A DNA stretch of 64,000 bases from an uncultured beta proteobacterium (GTDB lineage: Bacteria > Pseudomonadota > Gammaproteobacteria > Burkholderiales > Burkholderiaceae_E): the NCBI GenBank assembly GCA_903934295.1, contig CAIZNI010000013.1, positions 38,888 to 102,887 of the forward strand, given 5' to 3'. Below, piece after piece: positions 21,824 through 31,926 of the stretch. The notes beneath the pieces were generated by a model, which saw only the letters and a list, made by a program, of their open reading frames with translations, was not told the DNA's origin and ran no database searches. How positions within the stretch are numbered: position 1 is the stretch's first letter; each line of letters starts with the position of its first letter. Made by a program: the position numbers and the translations under genes.

Positions 21824-23350
21824 ATGTGCGGCATTCTCGGCGTGGTATCCCGGACCCCGGTCAATCAGCTCCTGTACGACGGTCTGCTGCTGCTGCAGCA
21901 CCGCGGCCAGGACGCCGCCGGCATCGCGACCGCGATGGGCAAGAAATTCGGCATGCACAAGGGCAATGGCCAGGTGCGCGACGTGTTTCGCACCCGGAAC
22001 ATGCGCGCGCTGCCCGGCAATTCCGGCATCGCCCATGTGCGCTATCCCACCGCCGGCACCGCGGGCGACTCCGAGGAGGCCCAGCCGTTCTACGTGAACG
22101 CCCCCTTCGGCATCACCCTGGTCCACAACGGCAACCTGACGAATTCCGAGCAGCTCAAGGACGAGATGTTCCGGCTCGACCGCCGGCACATCAACACCGA
22201 GTCCGACTCGGAAGTGTTGCTCAACGTGCTGGCCAACGAACTGCAGGCCGCCTCGGTGGGCGAGGTCCTCGATCCCGACGCCATCTTCAAGGCGGTGGCC
22301 GAGGTGCACCGTCGCGTTCGCGGCGCCTACGCCTGCATTGCCGAGATCGCCGGCTATGGCGTGCTGGCGTTCCGCGATCCCTACGGCATCCGCCCCCTGT
22401 GCTACGGCGTGGCCGAGACCGACAACGGCACCGAGTACCTGGTGGCTTCCGAGTCGGTGGCGCTCGAGGGCCTGGGTTTCCGGATGGTGCGCGATGTGCA
22501 GCCCGGCGAGGCGGTGTTCATCCACCTGGACGGCAGTTTCCACGCGCGCCAGTGCGCCGAAAACCCGGTGCTCGCGCCGTGCATCTTCGAGTACGTGTAT
22601 TTCGCGCGGCCCGACTCGGTGATCGACGGCGCCTCGGTCTATGGTTCGCGCCTGAAGATGGGTGAGTACCTGGCACAGCACATCGCCCGCGAACTGCGGC
22701 TGGGCGACATCGATGTGGTGATGCCGATCCCCGACACCTCGCGGCCTTCGGCGATGCAGCTCGCCATGAAGCTGAACCTCGACTATCGCGAGGGCTTCCT
22801 GAAGAACCGCTACATCGGGCGTACCTTCATCATGCCGGGGCAGGCGGTGCGCCGGAAGTCGGTTCGCCAGAAGCTCAATGCGATGAGCGTCGAGTTCAAG
22901 GGCAAGAATGTGCTGCTGGTCGACGACTCGATCGTGCGCGGTACCACGTCGCACGAGATCGTCCAGATGGCGCGCGATTCGGGCGCGAACAAGGTCTATT
23001 TCGCCTCGGCTTCGCCGCCGGTGCGCTACCCCAATGTGTATGGCATCGACATGCCGACCCGCGGCGAGCTGATCGCCAACGGCCGCGACGATGACGAGAT
23101 TCGCCAGGCGATCGGCGCCGATGCGCTCGTTTACCAGGACATCGCCTCGATGCTGCGCTCGGTCACCGATATCAGCCCGCGGCTGTCGCGCTTCGAGGCG
23201 TCCTGCTTCGACGGCTCCTACGTGACCGGCGACATCAGCCCCGAGTACCTCGACCGCATCGAGGCGGCCCGCGATGCCGCACCCCGCCGTGCCGAGGAAG
23301 AGATCGCCAAGGCCCAGATGAACCTGCAGTTCTCGGTCGCTCGCGACTGA
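21824..23350 (+). CDS. purF: Amidophosphoribosyltransferase
   Basis: MCGILG (Ntn cysteine), LQHRGQDAAGI, HVRYPTAG, VDDSIVRGTT. Confidence 0.98.
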   Translation: MCGILGVVSRTPVNQLLYDGLLLLQHRGQDAAGIATAMGKKFGMHKGNGQVRDVFRTRNMRALPGNSGIAHVRYPTAGTAGDSEEAQPFYVNAPFGITLVHNGNLTNSEQLKDEMFRLDRRHINTESDSEVLLNVLANELQAASVGEVLDPDAIFKAVAEVHRRVRGAYACIAEIAGYGVLAFRDPYGIRPLCYGVAETDNGTEYLVASESVALEGLGFRMVRDVQPGEAVFIHLDGSFHARQCAENPVLAPCIFEYVYFARPDSVIDGASVYGSRLKMGEYLAQHIARELRLGDIDVVMPIPDTSRPSAMQLAMKLNLDYREGFLKNRYIGRTFIMPGQAVRRKSVRQKLNAMSVEFKGKNVLLVDDSIVRGTTSHEIVQMARDSGANKVYFASASPPVRYPNVYGIDMPTRGELIANGRDDDEIRQAIGADALVYQDIASMLRSVTDISPRLSRFEASCFDGSYVTGDISPEYLDRIEAARDAAPRRAEEEIAKAQMNLQFSVARD

Positions 23351-23380
23351 GCGTCCGGGTGCGGTATACTCCGCCGCCCC

Positions 23381-23471
23381 GGAGGGATGGATGAGCGGTT
23401 TAAGTCGCACGCCTGGAAAGCGTGTTCAGGTTAATAGCCTGACCGGGGTTCGAATCCCCGTCCCTCCGCCA
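23381..23471 (+). tRNA. tRNA-Ser (anticodon GGA)
   Basis: Acceptor stem GGAGGGA/TCCCTCC plus GCCA, anticodon arm cacgc-ctGGAaa-gcgtg, long variable arm tcaggtt-aat-agcctga, T-loop GTTCGAATC. TATACT -10-like hexamer at 23365-23370. Confidence 0.97.
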
Positions 23472-23479
23472 ACAATGCC

Positions 23480-23507
23480 TGAAAACCCGCGTCAACATGG
23501 GTTTTCA
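23480..23507 (+). terminator. Hairpin after tRNA-Ser
   Basis: TGAAAACCC-N10-GGGTTTTCA, a 9-bp inverted repeat. Confidence 0.6.
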
Positions 23508-23793
23508 CAGTATCCAACGCCACCAGCACGCGGGCCCGCTCGGTCCGCGACGGTTTCGCGCGGCCTCTTGGCCTGACCCCGAACGGAATCCGGTCCTGAC
23601 GCAGGCATCCATCGCCGGCTGGAGCCTCCTCAATCCCCGGGACGCTTGCGCTCGCTAGAGTGAGCCGTCCTGGTTGGTCGCGCTGCTCATCCCCCTCGGT
23701 GCTCTGATCAGGATTTCCGATACCTCTGTGTCGAGCGCCTGGCTGACGCGCAGGTCCGCACCGTCCTGCCCCAAAGCTCCGGGAGTCCAGCCC

Positions 23794-23949
23794 ATGCCGA
23801 ACCAGAAAGACACACAGCCGGTCATCACCGTCACTGCTGTTTTTCGTGCGCCTGCAGCGCGCTTGGCGCCGGGGGCTGGGCAGGATCTCGCGCTCGTTCG
23901 GCCGATCGGGGCCTGCGGTTACCCGGCCGCCCGCGGATCCCTGGCATGA
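23794..23949 (+). CDS. Putative 51-aa small protein translationally coupled to the kinase
   Basis: GGGAG at 23781-23785 precedes ATG 23794; its stop overlaps the kinase ATG (ATGA). No recognisable family. Confidence 0.35.
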   Translation: MPNQKDTQPVITVTAVFRAPAARLAPGAGQDLALVRPIGACGYPAARGSLA

Positions 23950-26900
23950 CAGCCATCGGCCAGGCGACGCCCGGCATCACGGATGATGGGAGTGGGCCCA
24001 TCCGATTTCCAGGCGCTGTGCAGCCGCATGGTGCGCTTCTGGTGGTCGATTCGACGACGCAGTCCATCGTTGCCGCGAGTGAGTCCTGCAGTGAACTCCT
24101 GGGTGCCAGCGCATCGGCACTGCTGGGTACCTCGCTGCGGGCGCTCCTGGGCAATGAGATCGCCGACGCGCTGGCGCCGGTGGACGCGGCCCCGCGATGG
24201 CCATCGCAGGCGGTGCGCCTGAGCAATCAGACCCAGGTGGCGAGCACACGAACCAATTCGGCAGGGCTGGTGCTGGTTGATATCGAGGCGATCGGCGCCG
24301 ACTCTGCGGTCCTCGAAAAGGCGTTCCGACAGGAGTTGAGCCAGCTTCGGCAAATGGACGATGTCGTGGCGATGGCCGGTTCGGCCTGCCGGACGGTACG
24401 CCGCGCGATGGGGTTTGACCGCGTGATGATGTCTCGCTTCGACGCCGAGTGGACGAGCGAGGTCATCGCCGAGGCCCGCGCCGAGCCCATCGAACCCTTC
24501 TTCGGCCTGCACTTCCGCGCCAGCGACTGGCCTGTGCCAGCGCGAGAACGCTTTCGCCTGGGTCGCGTGCGGCAGGTACCCGACGTCGACTGCACCGCGT
24601 CGTCGCTGGTGGCATTGCGGGAAGCCGGGCCGATCGATCTGGACCCGTCGGGCATTCGAAGCGTCTCGTCGCTTCAGATCGCGTGTTACCGGCGCCTGGG
24701 CGTGCGAGCCGCGATGGTCGGAGCCCTGGTCATCGAGGGCCGCCTTTGGGGTCTGGTGGTTTGCCATCACCATGGCGGGCCACGCTACTTCGGCCCTGAG
24801 GCTCGGGATGCCTTTGCCGTTTTCTGTGAAGACATGGCGGGTGTGATCGACCTCGTGCTGCGCCGGCAGGAGCAGGCGCGGGCCATCGAACTGGCGGCGC
24901 GCCGCCGGGCCCTGATCGCGAGCATCCGTGACACTGACCTGCGGACACTGATCCGTCGCTCCGAAACCCGCGACCTTCTCGAGGTGATGGACGCCGACGG
25001 ATTCGCGCTGCTCATGAATGACACGACCGAACTCGTCGGCCGCACACCCGACCCGGCGCAGGTCCGGGTCCTGGAGGCGCGCCGCCATGAAGTGGCGCCC
25101 GGTTCAGTCGTGTTTCACACCCATTCGCTGGCACGCGATCTGGTTCCGCTCGCGGCCGCTGGCGAGTGTGCTGGCGCGCTGTTTGTGTCGGTACCCCACC
25201 GGCCGAAGACCGTCATGATCTGGTTTCGTGATGAACGCGTGCGCCGGGTCAGTTGGGCCAGCGATCCTGACCAGCCTTGCATCCGGGAGCAGGATGAACC
25301 CCTCGCGCCGGGCCGGTCCTTCACTCCGACCCTTCGGGAAATCCGGGGCGAGGCGCTGCCCTGGACGGCGCAGGAACTCGAGTCGGCCGCCGAACTGGCT
25401 TGCCTGATCGAGATCGACGCGCTGCGAGCCAGCGAGGCGTTCGCGAAAACGGTTCTGGACGCGAGCGGCAGCCATGTGTGCGTGCTCGCCGGCGACGGCA
25501 CCATCGTCGCCGTCAATCGGGCCTGGGAGCGCTTTGCGCGAGACAACGGCGCCCGCACCGAGACTGCCGCGCCGCAGGGCGTCAGCTACCGCGGGGTCTG
25601 CGAGGCGGCGATCGGTCAGACCAGCGGCGATGAGGCGGCTGCGGCATGGCAGGGCATCTCTGACGTGCTGGACGGTCGCAAGGATTTTTTCGCCCTGGAC
25701 TATCCCTGTGATTCCCCGACCGAGCGACGCTGGTTCGAGATGAGCGTGCATCCGCTTCTGGCCCCGCGCGAGGGCGCCGTCGTGCTGCACACGGACATCA
25801 CCGCGCGCAAACTGGCTCAACGCGCGCTCACCGCCAGTGAGGAGCGGTATCGCGCGGTACTCGAGTCGCAGACCGACCTGATTTTCCGGTCCAGGATTGA
25901 CGGAACGATCCTGTATGTGAACCCGGCTTTCTGCCACTTCTTCGGCCAATCGGCCCAGGCGCTGACCGGTGCCCGTTGGCAGCCGGTCACGCATGCCGAG
26001 GACCTGCCGATGATTGAAGCCGCGCTCGCGCGGTTGTCGCCGGAAAACCCGGTGGTGACGATCGAGAACCGGGTTCACGCCAGCGATGGCCACCTGCGAT
26101 GGGTGGAGTTTGTCAGCCGCGCCTTTTTCGACGAGGAGCAGCATCTGGTGGAGATTCAGACGGTCGGTCGCGACATCACCGATCGCAAGTCGGCCGAGGC
26201 TCGCATCGCGGCGCTGTTGCGGGAGCAGGACGCGCTGCTCAACAGCCCAGTGGTGGGCATCGTGAAGATCAGCGATCGCCGCGTGGAGTGGGCCAATCAG
26301 GCGTTTGCATCCATCTTCGGCTATTCCGTCGACGAGGTGCTGGGTCAGAGCACCGGCATCTTCTTCCCGTCGGACACCGCCCTCGCTGAATTCACCGCGG
26401 CTTCGACGCCGGTACTGAGTGCCGGCGGCGTGTTTCATTCGGAACTGCTGCAGCGTCGCAAGGATGGCAGCCGGTGCTGGGTTTCGTTCAGCGTCGCGCA
26501 ACTGGATGTCGCGACGAACAAGCTGATCGGCGCGCTGGTCGACATCACCGCGCACAAGGAGGACGAGGCAGAGCTGGATCGGCACCGGCAGTACCTGGAG
26601 GAGCTGGTCGCCGCGCGGACCCTCGCGTTGCAGGAGGCCAAGGAATTCGTGGAGCCGTCGATCGCCCGGCTGCAGCAGGCGCATGACCTGGTGGCCATGG
26701 GCAGGTCCACGCTGGATGCCGCGCTCGACAGCATGGGTGACGCTGTCTTCATTTCCGACCGCGAGGGTCGCTTCATCAACTTCAACGATGCCTTCGCCAC
26801 TTTCCACCGATTCCGCGACAAGGCCGGTTGCGCGCGAACCCTGTCCGAGTACCAGGCATTCCTCGATGTGTTCCTGGCCAATGGTGAACTCGTGCCAGTG

Positions 26901-28313
26901 GAGAACTGGGCGGTGCCGCGCGCACTGCGCGGCGAGTCGGCCATCAATGCCGAATTCACGCTTCGAAGGCGCGACACGGGCGAGTCCTGGATCGGCAGCT
27001 TCAACTACGCACCCATTCGCGGCCAGGACGGCGGCATCGTCGGCTCGGTGGTGACCGCCCGCGACATCACCGACATCCGGCAGAAGGGGTTGGCGCTGAG
27101 CCAGGCCAAGGAGGCCGCGGAGGCCGCGAATCGAGCCAAGAGCGCCTTCCTGGCCACCATGAGCCACGAGTTGCGAACGCCGTTGAACGGCATCATGGGC
27201 ATGATCGAGCTGGCACGGCGGCGGGCCAGCGATCCCCGCCAGATCGACCAGCTCGGAAAGGCCGCCAAGGCGTCCCAGCACCTGCTGGCGATCATTCGCG
27301 ACATTCTCGACATTTCGCGCATCGAGGCCGACCGGTTTCCTCTGCTGGAGGCCGACTTCCAGCTCGACACGGTTTTCCAGAACCTGGACGCGCTGATTCA
27401 TGGGCAGATCGCTAATGCAGATCTTCGCCTGTCGATGGAGTTGGCGCCGCCGCTGCGCGGCATGATGGTGCATGGTGACGCGAGGCGTCTGTCGCAGGTG
27501 CTGCTGAACCTCACCAGCAACGCGGTCAAGTTCACCGAGCAGGGCTCGATCACGGTGCGTGCCCAACTGCTCCAGGACAGCCCGGCGCAGGTCGTGTTGC
27601 GCTTCGAGGTTCAGGACACGGGCATCGGCATCGCGCCGGCGGACCAGCTGCGAATCTTCCGGGCCTTCGAGCAGGTCGACAGCTCCACCACCCGTCCGTA
27701 TGGGGGAAGCGGGTTGGGGCTGGCGATCAGCAAGCGCCTCGTGCAGATGATGCATGGAACGATCGGTGTGGACAGCCAGCTCGGTGCCGGTGCGACCTTC
27801 TGGTTCACCGTGCAGCTGAGCAAGCCCCGGCTGGCCAGGGGCTTCGAGCCAGCGCAGCCACCGGCGCAGCTGTCTGCGCGGGAATACCTGAAGGCCAGGT
27901 ATGGCGGTGCCTATGTGCTGCTGGTCGAGGACGACGCCACGAACCTGGAGGTGACGCAGGGGCTGCTGGAGGACTGCGGGCTGGTCGTTCATTCAGCGAC
28001 TGACGGGGCGCAAGCCGTGGACCGGGCCCAGCGGGTGAACTATGACCTGATCCTGACGGATATCCAGATGCCGGTGATGGACGGCATCGAGGCAACCCGG
28101 AAAATCCGCCTGCTGGACAACAATGCCGATGTGCCGATCATCGCCTTCACCGCGAACGTCTTTCCGGAAGATGAAGCGCGCTGTCGCGAAGCCGGCATGA
28201 ACGACTTCATCGGTCGGCCTATCGAGTCCGAGGTGCTCTATGCGGTCATGCTGGAGTGGCTGGGGAAATCGCACGCTGGTGCCCGGGGTGCCGGCGCGCC
28301 GGCTTCCGGATGA
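23946..28313 (+). CDS. Hybrid sensor histidine kinase: degenerate phytochrome module (PAS2-GAF-PHY), 4 PAS/PAC, HisKA-HATPase, receiver
   Basis: [33 protein letters not shown]-box [31 protein letters not shown], receiver VEDD and DIQMP. Confidence 0.9.
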   Translation: MTAIGQATPGITDDGSGPIRFPGAVQPHGALLVVDSTTQSIVAASESCSELLGASASALLGTSLRALLGNEIADALAPVDAAPRWPSQAVRLSNQTQVASTRTNSAGLVLVDIEAIGADSAVLEKAFRQELSQLRQMDDVVAMAGSACRTVRRAMGFDRVMMSRFDAEWTSEVIAEARAEPIEPFFGLHFRASDWPVPARERFRLGRVRQVPDVDCTASSLVALREAGPIDLDPSGIRSVSSLQIACYRRLGVRAAMVGALVIEGRLWGLVVCHHHGGPRYFGPEARDAFAVFCEDMAGVIDLVLRRQEQARAIELAARRRALIASIRDTDLRTLIRRSETRDLLEVMDADGFALLMNDTTELVGRTPDPAQVRVLEARRHEVAPGSVVFHTHSLARDLVPLAAAGECAGALFVSVPHRPKTVMIWFRDERVRRVSWASDPDQPCIREQDEPLAPGRSFTPTLREIRGEALPWTAQELESAAELACLIEIDALRASEAFAKTVLDASGSHVCVLAGDGTIVAVNRAWERFARDNGARTETAAPQGVSYRGVCEAAIGQTSGDEAAAAWQGISDVLDGRKDFFALDYPCDSPTERRWFEMSVHPLLAPREGAVVLHTDITARKLAQRALTASEERYRAVLESQTDLIFRSRIDGTILYVNPAFCHFFGQSAQALTGARWQPVTHAEDLPMIEAALARLSPENPVVTIENRVHASDGHLRWVEFVSRAFFDEEQHLVEIQTVGRDITDRKSAEARIAALLREQDALLNSPVVGIVKISDRRVEWANQAFASIFGYSVDEVLGQSTGIFFPSDTALAEFTAASTPVLSAGGVFHSELLQRRKDGSRCWVSFSVAQLDVATNKLIGALVDITAHKEDEAELDRHRQYLEELVAARTLALQEAKEFVEPSIARLQQAHDLVAMGRSTLDAALDSMGDAVFISDREGRFINFNDAFATFHRFRDKAGCARTLSEYQAFLDVFLANGELVPVENWAVPRALRGESAINAEFTLRRRDTGESWIGSFNYAPIRGQDGGIVGSVVTARDITDIRQKGLALSQAKEAAEAANRAKSAFLATMSHELRTPLNGIMGMIELARRRASDPRQIDQLGKAAKASQHLLAIIRDILDISRIEADRFPLLEADFQLDTVFQNLDALIHGQIANADLRLSMELAPPLRGMMVHGDARRLSQVLLNLTSNAVKFTEQGSITVRAQLLQDSPAQVVLRFEVQDTGIGIAPADQLRIFRAFEQVDSSTTRPYGGSGLGLAISKRLVQMMHGTIGVDSQLGAGATFWFTVQLSKPRLARGFEPAQPPAQLSAREYLKARYGGAYVLLVEDDATNLEVTQGLLEDCGLVVHSATDGAQAVDRAQRVNYDLILTDIQMPVMDGIEATRKIRLLDNNADVPIIAFTANVFPEDEARCREAGMNDFIGRPIESEVLYAVMLEWLGKSHAGARGAGAPASG

Positions 28314-28367
28314 ATCGGGGCAGCGGATCTGCGGGCGCTCGGTGAAGTTGCCCGGGTGCGCTGACGT

Positions 28368-28802
28368 TCAGTCCTCTTTCGGCAGCCGCGCCATCACCGC
28401 GCGCCAGCCATTCTCGGCCGTCTTGCCGGCGGCATCGAACACCGCGGCCAGCTGCGCCATCTGTGTGCCGGTGAGCTGAGCCTCCAGCCGCGTGCCTTCG
28501 GCCGTCAGGCGCAGTTCGCGGCGCCGCCCGTCCTGCGCGGAAATCCGAACCGTGACCAGCTTGCGTTCGACAAGGCGGCGCAGCGGTGCGTTGAGGGCCT
28601 GCTTCGACACCCCCAGCACGGCGAGCAGCGCGTCGATCCCCAGTCCGGGGTCGCGTCCGACGAAATACAGGATCCGGTGGTGCGCACGCGAGAGCCCGCG
28701 CTGCGTGAGGATGCGGTCCGGGTGTTCGGTGAACGCGCGATAGCCGAAGAAGAACAGCTCGATGGCCTCGCGCAGGGTGGCCTGGCGTGTTGAGTCAATC
28801 AT
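28368..28802 (-). CDS. MarR-family regulator (PetP-like)
   Basis: IELFFFGYRAFT..DRIL...GLSRAHHRILYFV, SKQAL, DGRRRELRLT. Confidence 0.9.
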   Translation of the reverse strand: MIDSTRQATLREAIELFFFGYRAFTEHPDRILTQRGLSRAHHRILYFVGRDPGLGIDALLAVLGVSKQALNAPLRRLVERKLVTVRISAQDGRRRELRLTAEGTRLEAQLTGTQMAQLAAVFDAAGKTAENGWRAVMARLPKED

Positions 28803-28855
28803 GTTGACATATTAGTCGAGCGGTAATACGGTGTCGACTGGTCAATTATATTGAC
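28794..28855. promoter_or_regulatory. Two GTCAA-N5-TTGAC inverted repeats, putative MarR operators
   Basis: GTCAATCATGTTGAC (28794-28808, over the marR start codon) and GTCAATTATATTGAC (28841-28855). Confidence 0.75.
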
Positions 28856-28887
28856 TTATATGGTCCGTCCATTTCAGGAGGTTTCCG

Positions 28888-30066
28888 ATGACAGCCAGCG
28901 AGCGCTTTTCCCGGCGCGTGAACGATCTCGTCGCCTCGCCGATCCGCGAGATCCTGGCGGTCATCGACCGCCCGGGCATGGTTTCCTTCGCCGGCGGACT
29001 GCCCGCGCCGCAGCGCTTTCCCGCGCTGGCCCCGGGCGACGTGCCGCCGTCCTGGCTGCAATACGGGCCGTCGGAAGGCGAGCCTGCGCTGCGCGAGCGC
29101 ATCGCGGGCGAGATGGCCGCGCTGGGCCTGCCTTGTGCCCCGGATCAGGTGCTGGTGCTCTCCGGTTCGCAGCAGGGCATCGACCTGGTCGCCAAGCTGT
29201 TCATCGACGCCGGGACCCCGGTGGCGGTCGAGTCGCCGACCTATCTCGCGGCGCTGCAGGTCTTCCGGTTCTTCGGCGCGCGATTCCTGGCTTTCGATCC
29301 GACGCGGCCCGAGGCGTTGTGCGAGACGGCGACGCCGCCCGCCTTCGTCTACGCGATCCCGACGTTTCAGAACCCGACGGGACGCTGTTACAGCACCGGC
29401 GAACGCGCGGCGCTGGCCCGTGCCTGCGACACGATGGGGGCGGTCCTGTTCGAGGACGACCCGTATCGCGACCTCGCGTATGACGCCGGCGATCGCACGC
29501 CGGTCTGCGCGAGCCTGGAGCGGGCGTCGTGGATCTACCAGGGGTCGTTCTCGAAAAGCCTGGCGCCCGGCCTGCGACTGGGCTTTCTGGTCGCGTCGCG
29601 CGACCTGCTGGTGCCGCTGACGCGCCTGAAGCAGGCCGCTGACCTGCACAGCAGTCGCGTGAGCCAGTGGCTCGTGCTCCAGCAACTGGCGCATCCGCAG
29701 CGCGCGGCGCGGGTGGCCGGTCTGGTGGGTGATTACCGCGCGCGTCGCGACGCCTTTGCCGCGGCTCTGACGCGGCATCTGGGCGACCTGGCGACCTGGG
29801 CGGTGCCGCCCGGCGGGCTGTTCTTCTGGCTCACCCTGCGTCAGCCGATCGATACCCGCAGGCTGCTGACCCGCGCGATCGAGCAGGGCGTCGCGTTCAT
29901 GCCGGGCGAGCCGTTTTTCCCCGACGCCGCACCGACGCTCGGGCGGCTGCGGCTCAACTTCAGTCACGCCAGCGAGTCCGACGCGCAGCGTGGCCTGCGC
30001 ACGCTCGGCGGCTTGCTGCGGGAGGCGATCTCCGCCGATGGCGTCGGCGCTGCCCGCGCCGCCTGA
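28888..30066 (+). CDS. Class I PLP-dependent aminotransferase (LysN/MocR-type catalytic domain, no HTH)
   Basis: SFAGGLP, YGPSEG, GSQQGID, FQNPTG, EDDPY, GSFSKSLAPGLRLG, RLNFS. AGGAGG RBS. Confidence 0.9.
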   Translation: MTASERFSRRVNDLVASPIREILAVIDRPGMVSFAGGLPAPQRFPALAPGDVPPSWLQYGPSEGEPALRERIAGEMAALGLPCAPDQVLVLSGSQQGIDLVAKLFIDAGTPVAVESPTYLAALQVFRFFGARFLAFDPTRPEALCETATPPAFVYAIPTFQNPTGRCYSTGERAALARACDTMGAVLFEDDPYRDLAYDAGDRTPVCASLERASWIYQGSFSKSLAPGLRLGFLVASRDLLVPLTRLKQAADLHSSRVSQWLVLQQLAHPQRAARVAGLVGDYRARRDAFAAALTRHLGDLATWAVPPGGLFFWLTLRQPIDTRRLLTRAIEQGVAFMPGEPFFPDAAPTLGRLRLNFSHASESDAQRGLRTLGGLLREAISADGVGAARAA

Positions 30067-30208
30067 GGGAAGCGGGCGCCGACCGGTGGCGCCCACGGCA
30101 CCCCGGTCTACAATGAGCGCCTGCGTTCGTGGCCATCGCCGAATCGCCGATCGCCGCCGATTCCCGCGTTGTGCGTCACTCCCTCCAGCCCCCCGCACCG
30201 CACCGCCC

Positions 30209-31861
30209 ATGACCCCTCACGACTATCCGCTCCAGAGCCGCACCATCGGGCGCGTGCTTGCCGACAAGGCACGCCGGGTGCCGAATCGGCCGTTCCTGCT
30301 CTGGCAGGGGCGCACCCACACCTACGCCGAACTCGAGTCGATGACCAACCGCTATGCCAATGGCTTCACCGCCCATGGCATCGGTCATGGCGACCACGTC
30401 GCGGTGATGCTGCCCAACTGCCCCGAGTTCCTGTGGGTCGTGTGGGGCCTGGCCAAGATCGGGGCGGTCGCGGTGCCGCTGAACACCGCCGCCCGCGGCG
30501 ACATGCTGCGCTACTTCATCGACCAGTCCGATGCCACCACCGTGATCGTGGACGCCGAGTGGGCCGATCGGCTGGGCGCGGTCGCCGCCGGGCTCTCGAA
30601 GGTGCGCCGCTTCGTGTTGCACAACGCCGATGTCGAGGGCGGTGCGAGTGCGCCGGCGCCGGCGGTCAGCCTGGACATCGGCCCGGTCCCGGCCACCGCG
30701 CATCCGCTGTCCGATTTCGAGTCCGACGACGTCACGCCACCCCCGCCCGAGCGCGTCCGCCATGACGACACACAGCTGATCATCTACACCTCGGGCACCA
30801 CCGGTCCGTCCAAGGGTGTGCTGTGCCCGCACTCGCAGGGGCTGGGCATCGGGCGAGCCATTGCGCTCGACTATGGCTATCGGTCCGACGACGTGATCTA
30901 CGCCTGCCTGCCGCTCTTTCACGCCAATGCGATGTGGTTCTCGTGCTGCGCGGCGTTGTGGGCCGAGGCCGCCTTCGCGCTGTCGCCGCGCTTTTCGGCC
31001 AGCCGGTTCTGGGACGAGATCCGCGCCACCGGCGCGACCCAGTTCAATTCGCTGGGCGCGATGACCAACATCATCCTGCAACTGCCGCCCGGCCCGCACG
31101 AGCGCGATCACTCGCTGCGCCAGATCATGGCGGTGCCGATGAGCCGGGACCTGCACGCCGAGCTGCGGCGCCGCTACGGGGTGGCGGTGACCTCGGTGTT
31201 CGCGATGTCCGAGAACTATGCGGTGACCTCGTTCGTGCCCGATGACCCGGCCGACAAGGCGGGCTCGGCCGGCTCGCCGCGCGGTGCCTCGCTGCTGCGC
31301 ATCGGCGATGACGAGGGGCGCGAGCTCCCGGTGGGCGAGGTGGGCGAGATCCTGCTGCGCCCGCTGCACGAAGGCGCGATGATGAAGGGCTACTACCGGA
31401 TGCCCCGGGAAACCGCCGACGCGTTCGTCGACGGCTGGTTTCGCACCGGCGACCGGGGCCGGGTCGATGCCGACGGTTACCTGTATTTCGTCGATCGCAA
31501 GAAAGAGGCGATCCGCCGCCGGGGCGAGAACATCTCGGCCTACGAGGTCGAGATGATCCTGTCGCGCCATCCGGCGATCCTCGAGGTGGCGGCGGTGCCG
31601 GTGCCCGCCGAGATGAGTGAGGACGAGGTGATGGTCTATGTGGTGCTCAACCCGGGAGCGACGATGACGCACGCCGAGGTGGTGCAGTTCGCCGCCGAGC
31701 ACATGAACTACTACATGGTGCCGCGCTTCGTCGAGTTCATCGCCGAACTGCCCAAGACCGCCACCGAGAAGATCGAGAAGTACAAGCTCAAGCAGGACGC
31801 GCTGGCGCGCCGTGCCGGGTTGTGGGACCGCGAGCGCGCGGGCATCGAGGTCGCGCGCTAG
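30209..31861 (+). CDS. AMP-forming acyl-CoA ligase (CaiC-like)
   Basis: YTSGTTGPSKG, LPLFHANA, RFSASRFW, WFRTGD, DRKKEAIRRRGENIS, PKTATEKI. Confidence 0.9.
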   Translation: MTPHDYPLQSRTIGRVLADKARRVPNRPFLLWQGRTHTYAELESMTNRYANGFTAHGIGHGDHVAVMLPNCPEFLWVVWGLAKIGAVAVPLNTAARGDMLRYFIDQSDATTVIVDAEWADRLGAVAAGLSKVRRFVLHNADVEGGASAPAPAVSLDIGPVPATAHPLSDFESDDVTPPPPERVRHDDTQLIIYTSGTTGPSKGVLCPHSQGLGIGRAIALDYGYRSDDVIYACLPLFHANAMWFSCCAALWAEAAFALSPRFSASRFWDEIRATGATQFNSLGAMTNIILQLPPGPHERDHSLRQIMAVPMSRDLHAELRRRYGVAVTSVFAMSENYAVTSFVPDDPADKAGSAGSPRGASLLRIGDDEGRELPVGEVGEILLRPLHEGAMMKGYYRMPRETADAFVDGWFRTGDRGRVDADGYLYFVDRKKEAIRRRGENISAYEVEMILSRHPAILEVAAVPVPAEMSEDEVMVYVVLNPGATMTHAEVVQFAAEHMNYYMVPRFVEFIAELPKTATEKIEKYKLKQDALARRAGLWDRERAGIEVAR

Positions 31862-31926
31862 ATGTCGCCCGCCCGGTCATCGCCGACACTGCCGGCCATG
31901 CGAGACGACATCGATGGGGCCCGGTC

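Noticed and set aside
23472..23945. Integrase, prophage or ncRNA downstream of tRNA-Ser
   Set aside because: No recombinase motifs, phage genes or recognisable RNA family seen by eye.
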